DNA of 64,000 nucleotides from Hyalangium minutum (GTDB lineage Bacteria; Myxococcota; Myxococcia; Myxococcales; Myxococcaceae): NCBI RefSeq assembly GCF_000737315.1, contig NZ_JMCB01000008.1, positions 186,001 to 250,000 of the forward strand, read 5' to 3'. Shown piece by piece: positions 60,325 to 64,000 of this stretch (position 1 is its first letter; each line of letters starts with the position of its first letter). The notes under the pieces were generated by a model. It saw only the letters and a program-made list of their open reading frames with translations, ran no database searches and was not told where the DNA came from. The position numbers and the translations under genes were made by a program.

Positions 60325-61809
60325 TCAACGGTGCGCAGGCGCCAAGAAGCGGTCCCGGAGGGCCTCGGCTTCTTTGCGGTCAAACGTTCGCCCCTGGAGA
60401 AGCACCCGGCGGCTCACGGAGGTGAAGGTGCTCTCCAGCGTGGGCGTGAAGAGGCGCAAGTCTTCAGCCAGCCGGTGGCGGATGCCGGGGCCCTCGGGCG
60501 GCCAGGGCAGCTCCAGCAGGAGCCCGGTAAAGCGATCGAAGGGCTCGTAGTCCGAGTAGCGGAGCAGCTGGTAGCTCCCGTCCTGGAAGTAGCTCAGGAA
60601 GGACTTGAGGGATGACAGGGCGGCCTCCGCGGCCGGCACGTCCTCCGAGTGCATGGCCGTCTCCGTGGCCCGGCACAGCTGGCCGAAGACCCACAGGTCC
60701 TTGCGCAGCCGCTGGGCCATGGCCTCCTGGGAGACGAGCTGGGCGAAGGTGTCCTCTGCGGTGGCGGCGCCCGGCGCGAGCGCCTCCACGAGCGCGACAA
60801 TCTGAGCGCGGAAGAGCGCGGTGAAGGCGGCGGCGGCCTTCATGGAGGGGCCCGTCTCGGCGTCCTCCTGCGCGGGGAGCACCTCGCGGGCGATGCGGTT
60901 GGTCTCCTTGGCGATGTCGCGGGCGGCGCGCAGGCCGGCGGCCTTGAGGCGCTTGGGGCCTACCTGCATGGCCAGCTCGTGGCGGAGGTAACCCACCAGG
61001 CTCACCGCCTCACTGCGCACCAGCGCGAGCACCACGCGCACGCGCCGGGGCGGGGCCTCGTCTCCCTCCTGAGCCACATAGGAGAGGTAGTGGAGCAGCC
61101 GGAACAGCGCGAGGAAGGCGGTGGAGAAGCCGGGGCGGACGTCCGCGGGCTGGCTGGCGAGCAGGTCCAACACCCGCACCGAGCGCAGCCGGTCGTACTC
61201 GATGCGGAACTCCAGCGACCGGAAGGGGCGGAAGTAGCGGTTGAGGACGATCTCCCGCAGGGCCAGGTTGCCCACGTCCGTGAAGAGGTTGAGGCTGCAC
61301 ACGGGCAGCTTGAGCAGGTGATCGATCAGGTTGCGCAGGGCCTCGAAGGCCTCGCGCAGCACGAAGAGGCTCTCCTGGGGCGTCTCCTGGACGAGCTCTT
61401 CCTCGATGAAGGCGCTGCGGACCCGGTCATCGGCCAGCTGGCTCTCCACGTACTTGCGGAAGACGCGCTTGGAGTCCGAGTCCGGATCCAACAGCCGGCG
61501 GCCGATGCGGATGGCGCGGTGGATGGCGTCGCGGACGTCCTCGAGCTCCTCGTGGAAGTCCCGGGTGACGAGGGGGCGCTCGTGGGCATCCACCACCGAG
61601 TTGTGCAGGTGGAAGTAGCGCTCCACCCCGCGCAGGAGCATCTCGAACTCGAAGAGCTGCTCCTCGCGGCCCTCGATGGTGACACTGCGCAGCCAGCGCT
61701 CGCGCTCGGCGAGCATGATGGCCCGCGAGCCTTGGGTGGTGCTCATCAGGTCCGCGTAGAAGTCGCGGGCGGCCGTCGAGGCATCTCCCTGGGCGCGTGC
61801 CTGGCTCAT
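60325..61809 (-). CDS. Conserved hypothetical all-helical protein
   Basis: 494-aa ORF with strong GC3 bias, 14 nt downstream of ruvB. Confidence 0.8.
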   Translation of the reverse strand: MSQARAQGDASTAARDFYADLMSTTQGSRAIMLAERERWLRSVTIEGREEQLFEFEMLLRGVERYFHLHNSVVDAHERPLVTRDFHEELEDVRDAIHRAIRIGRRLLDPDSDSKRVFRKYVESQLADDRVRSAFIEEELVQETPQESLFVLREAFEALRNLIDHLLKLPVCSLNLFTDVGNLALREIVLNRYFRPFRSLEFRIEYDRLRSVRVLDLLASQPADVRPGFSTAFLALFRLLHYLSYVAQEGDEAPPRRVRVVLALVRSEAVSLVGYLRHELAMQVGPKRLKAAGLRAARDIAKETNRIAREVLPAQEDAETGPSMKAAAAFTALFRAQIVALVEALAPGAATAEDTFAQLVSQEAMAQRLRKDLWVFGQLCRATETAMHSEDVPAAEAALSSLKSFLSYFQDGSYQLLRYSDYEPFDRFTGLLLELPWPPEGPGIRHRLAEDLRLFTPTLESTFTSVSRRVLLQGRTFDRKEAEALRDRFLAPAHR

Positions 61810-61823
61810 CGGCGGAGTTCCTA

Positions 61824-62858
61824 TCAGAAGAGGGCGCCCTGGGGTGAAGCGGGCGGCGGCGTCTTCTTGAAATAGCTGTAGGCCCGATGCGTCGCCGTCC
61901 GGCCCCGAGGGGTGCGCTGGAGGAAACCTTCTTGGAGCAGAAAGGGCTCGTACACGTCCTCGATGGTGTCTCGCTGCTCGCCCACACTGGCAGCGATGGT
62001 CTCCACCCCCACCGGCCCCCCACCGAACTTCTCGATGATGGTGAGCAGAATCTTCCGGTCCATGGAGTCCAGGCCGCTGGCGTCCACGCCGAGCCTGTCG
62101 AGCGAGGACCGGGCCAGCTCCAGGGAGATGGTGCCCTCGCCCTCGACCTGGGCGAAGTCGCGCAGGCGGCGCAACAGCCGGTTGGCGATGCGCGGGGTGC
62201 CTCGGGAGCGGGTGGAGATCTCCTTGCTGGCGTCCTTGTCCATCGGGATGCCGAGGATGCGCGCCGAGCGGTTGAGGATGAGCTCCAGGTGCTTGGGCTC
62301 GTAGTACTCGAGGCGCTCCTGAATCTGGAAGCGGTCGCGGAGCGGCGAGGTGAGCAGGCCCGTGCGGGTGGTGGCGCCGATGAGGGTGAAGGGCGGCAGG
62401 TCGATCTTCATCGCGCGGGCGGCGGGGCCCGTGTCGATGGTGATGTCCAGCCGGAAGTCCTCCATGGCCGGGTAGAGGTACTCCTCGATGGCGGCGTTGA
62501 GGCGGTGGATCTCGTCGATGAAGAGGACGTCGCGCTCGTTGAGGTTGGTGAGCAACCCGGCCAGGTCGCCCTTGCGCTCCAGGGCGGGGCCGCTGGTGAC
62601 GTGGATGCCCACGCCGAGCTCGGAGGCAATGATGTGGGCCAGCGACGTCTTGCCCAGGCCCGGGGGCCCGGAGAACAGACAGTGGTCGAGCGCGTCGCCG
62701 CGGCTGCTGGCCGCGAGCACGTAGACTTTGAGCTTCTCGAGGACCTGGGACTGGCCCACGTACTCGTCGAAGGTGCGCGGCCGGAGCGAGACTTCCAGGC
62801 GGACATCGTCCCCCTGGACTTCCCCGGACAGCGTCTCGGACTTGCGCTTCGTAGCCAT
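61824..62858 (-). CDS. ruvB: Holliday junction branch migration helicase RuvB
   Basis: [55 protein letters not shown]. Confidence 0.98.
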   Translation of the reverse strand: MATKRKSETLSGEVQGDDVRLEVSLRPRTFDEYVGQSQVLEKLKVYVLAASSRGDALDHCLFSGPPGLGKTSLAHIIASELGVGIHVTSGPALERKGDLAGLLTNLNERDVLFIDEIHRLNAAIEEYLYPAMEDFRLDITIDTGPAARAMKIDLPPFTLIGATTRTGLLTSPLRDRFQIQERLEYYEPKHLELILNRSARILGIPMDKDASKEISTRSRGTPRIANRLLRRLRDFAQVEGEGTISLELARSSLDRLGVDASGLDSMDRKILLTIIEKFGGGPVGVETIAASVGEQRDTIEDVYEPFLLQEGFLQRTPRGRTATHRAYSYFKKTPPPASPQGALF

Positions 62859-62961
62859 GGCGGTGTTCACCCTACCAAGAACGGCGTGTGTGTCGCGGTC
62901 CATCTCCTGGCGGCGCTAGACTCGCGCGCCTTGATGGCCGGTGGGCCAGGGGGCGCGCAAA

Positions 62962-64000
62962 GTGAAGGGTCTCGTCTTCGATCTCTCCATCCCCAAGTAC
63001 GTGCTCGCCAAGGGGATCGGCGGGCTGTACCCGAAGATTCACTACGGACCGGGGAGCTGCCTGTCCCTGAGAGAGCTGCCCTCCCCCACTCCGCCCGGCC
63101 CCGAGTGGGTCCGGCTGAAGCCGCTGCTGGCCGGGCTGTGCGGCTCGGACATGGCCACGTTCTTCTTCAAGGCCAGTCCGCAGTTGGAGCCCTTCAATAG
63201 CTTCCCGGCGGTGCTGGGGCACGAGATCCTCGCCGAGGTGGCGGCGGTGGGCCCGGAGACACGGGGAGTCACAGTGGGGCAGCGCGTGGCGGTGAACCCG
63301 CTGCTGCCGTGCCGGCTGCGAGGCATCCAGCCGCCGTGCAAGCCATGCGCGTCGGGGCAGGAGAACGGGTGCGAGCACACGGCCGAGGGCTGCCTGGCGG
63401 CCGGGCAAATGCTCGGCTACCAGAAGGATCTGCCGGGGGGCATGGGCACGGAGATGGTGGCGCACCCGTCGCAGCTCCACGCCGTGCCGGATCGGGTGTC
63501 GAACAAGGCGGGCGTGTTGGTGGAGCCGCTGGCGGTGAGTCTGCATGCGGTGCTCAAGGCGGGGCTCCGGGATGAGGACCGGGTGCTGGTGATTGGCGGT
63601 GGGCCCGTGGCCTTCGCGGCGCTGTGGGCCATCCGAGCACTGGGGCACCGGAGCCATGTGACGCTGCTGGCGACGGAGGAGTACCAGCTGAAGCTCGCCC
63701 GGCAGCTGGGGGCGGATGAGGCGCTGCGGGTGAAGGATGACGCGGGGGAGGCCGAGGAGGTGGCGCGGCTGACGGGGGCGAAGGTCTACAAGCCCGTGAT
63801 TGGACCGCCTGCGCTGTCAGGAGGCTTCGAGGTGACGATCGACTGCATCGGCAGCGCAGGATCGGTGCAGGACTCGTTGAGGTACACGCGGGCACTGGGG
63901 CGGGTGGTGCTGGTGGGGGCGGCGGGGATTTTGGAGCGGGTGGACTGGACCACTGTGTGGAGGAATGAACTGACGCTGCTCGGTTCGTACGTGTACGGGC
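62962..64000 (+). CDS. Zinc-binding alcohol dehydrogenase family protein (3'-truncated by window edge)
   Basis: GTG 62962; GLCGSD, LGHE, C..C..G...C cluster, VEPLAV, IGGGPV. Confidence 0.92.
   Translation, partial: MKGLVFDLSIPKYVLAKGIGGLYPKIHYGPGSCLSLRELPSPTPPGPEWVRLKPLLAGLCGSDMATFFFKASPQLEPFNSFPAVLGHEILAEVAAVGPETRGVTVGQRVAVNPLLPCRLRGIQPPCKPCASGQENGCEHTAEGCLAAGQMLGYQKDLPGGMGTEMVAHPSQLHAVPDRVSNKAGVLVEPLAVSLHAVLKAGLRDEDRVLVIGGGPVAFAALWAIRALGHRSHVTLLATEEYQLKLARQLGADEALRVKDDAGEAEEVARLTGAKVYKPVIGPPALSGGFEVTIDCIGSAGSVQDSLRYTRALGRVVLVGAAGILERVDWTTVWRNELTLLGSYVYG

Noticed and set aside
61824-62858. ruvB without adjacent ruvA/ruvC as an anomaly
   Set aside because: Split ruv genes are common; nothing in the sequence indicates loss

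Overview
High-GC myxobacterial chromosomal window (Cystobacterineae/Archangiaceae-like, judged from gene content). A housekeeping backbone runs through it: groEL 3' end, grxC, an FHA-domain enhancer-binding protein, smc, a hemolysin/CNNM protein, prfA-prmC-murA, tRNA-Gly(CCC), serC, DUF1015, an ScfR/RamB-type regulator, pepA, pyrF, a DsbA-like protein, lpxC and ruvB. Several accessory blocks interrupt it. (1) A SitA5-type lipoprotein toxin with a GIY-YIG-like tip, an Imm26-like/RraB fusion immunity gene and an internally deleted Ser/Thr kinase (9.7-13.3 kb). (2) A patchwork after tRNA-Gly (24-35 kb). It holds a PA0069-family radical SAM gene with a LexA-like box and a C-terminal QLSLF clamp motif. 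The last 62 bp of that gene are duplicated 2.4 kb downstream, bracketing a TetR/NmrA/kinase-fragment cassette with no integrase. The block also holds an amidohydrolase/TetR pair, Dps, an orphan CNF1/BLF1-like deamidase candidate, an 18-codon scar of a TreS/alpha-amylase gene, and an active plus catalytically dead trypsin-like lipoprotein pair. (3) A tightly coupled operon of ECF sigma, zinc anti-sigma, lipoprotein caspase with a beta-barrel-like tail, and a Cys-rich lipoprotein (37.2-41.3 kb). This is my best candidate for an uncharacterised trans-envelope proteolytic signalling system. (4) A convergent YceI / lipidated Cys-repeat precursor / DUF692 (MNIO) / DUF2063 RiPP-type cluster behind an ECF-type promoter. 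(5) A PD-(D/E)xK lipoprotein toxin disabled by one in-frame TGA, with its DUF3396 immunity gene intact. No CRISPR array, rRNA, transposase or integrase was seen. All family assignments come from motif recognition by eye; no database search was run.
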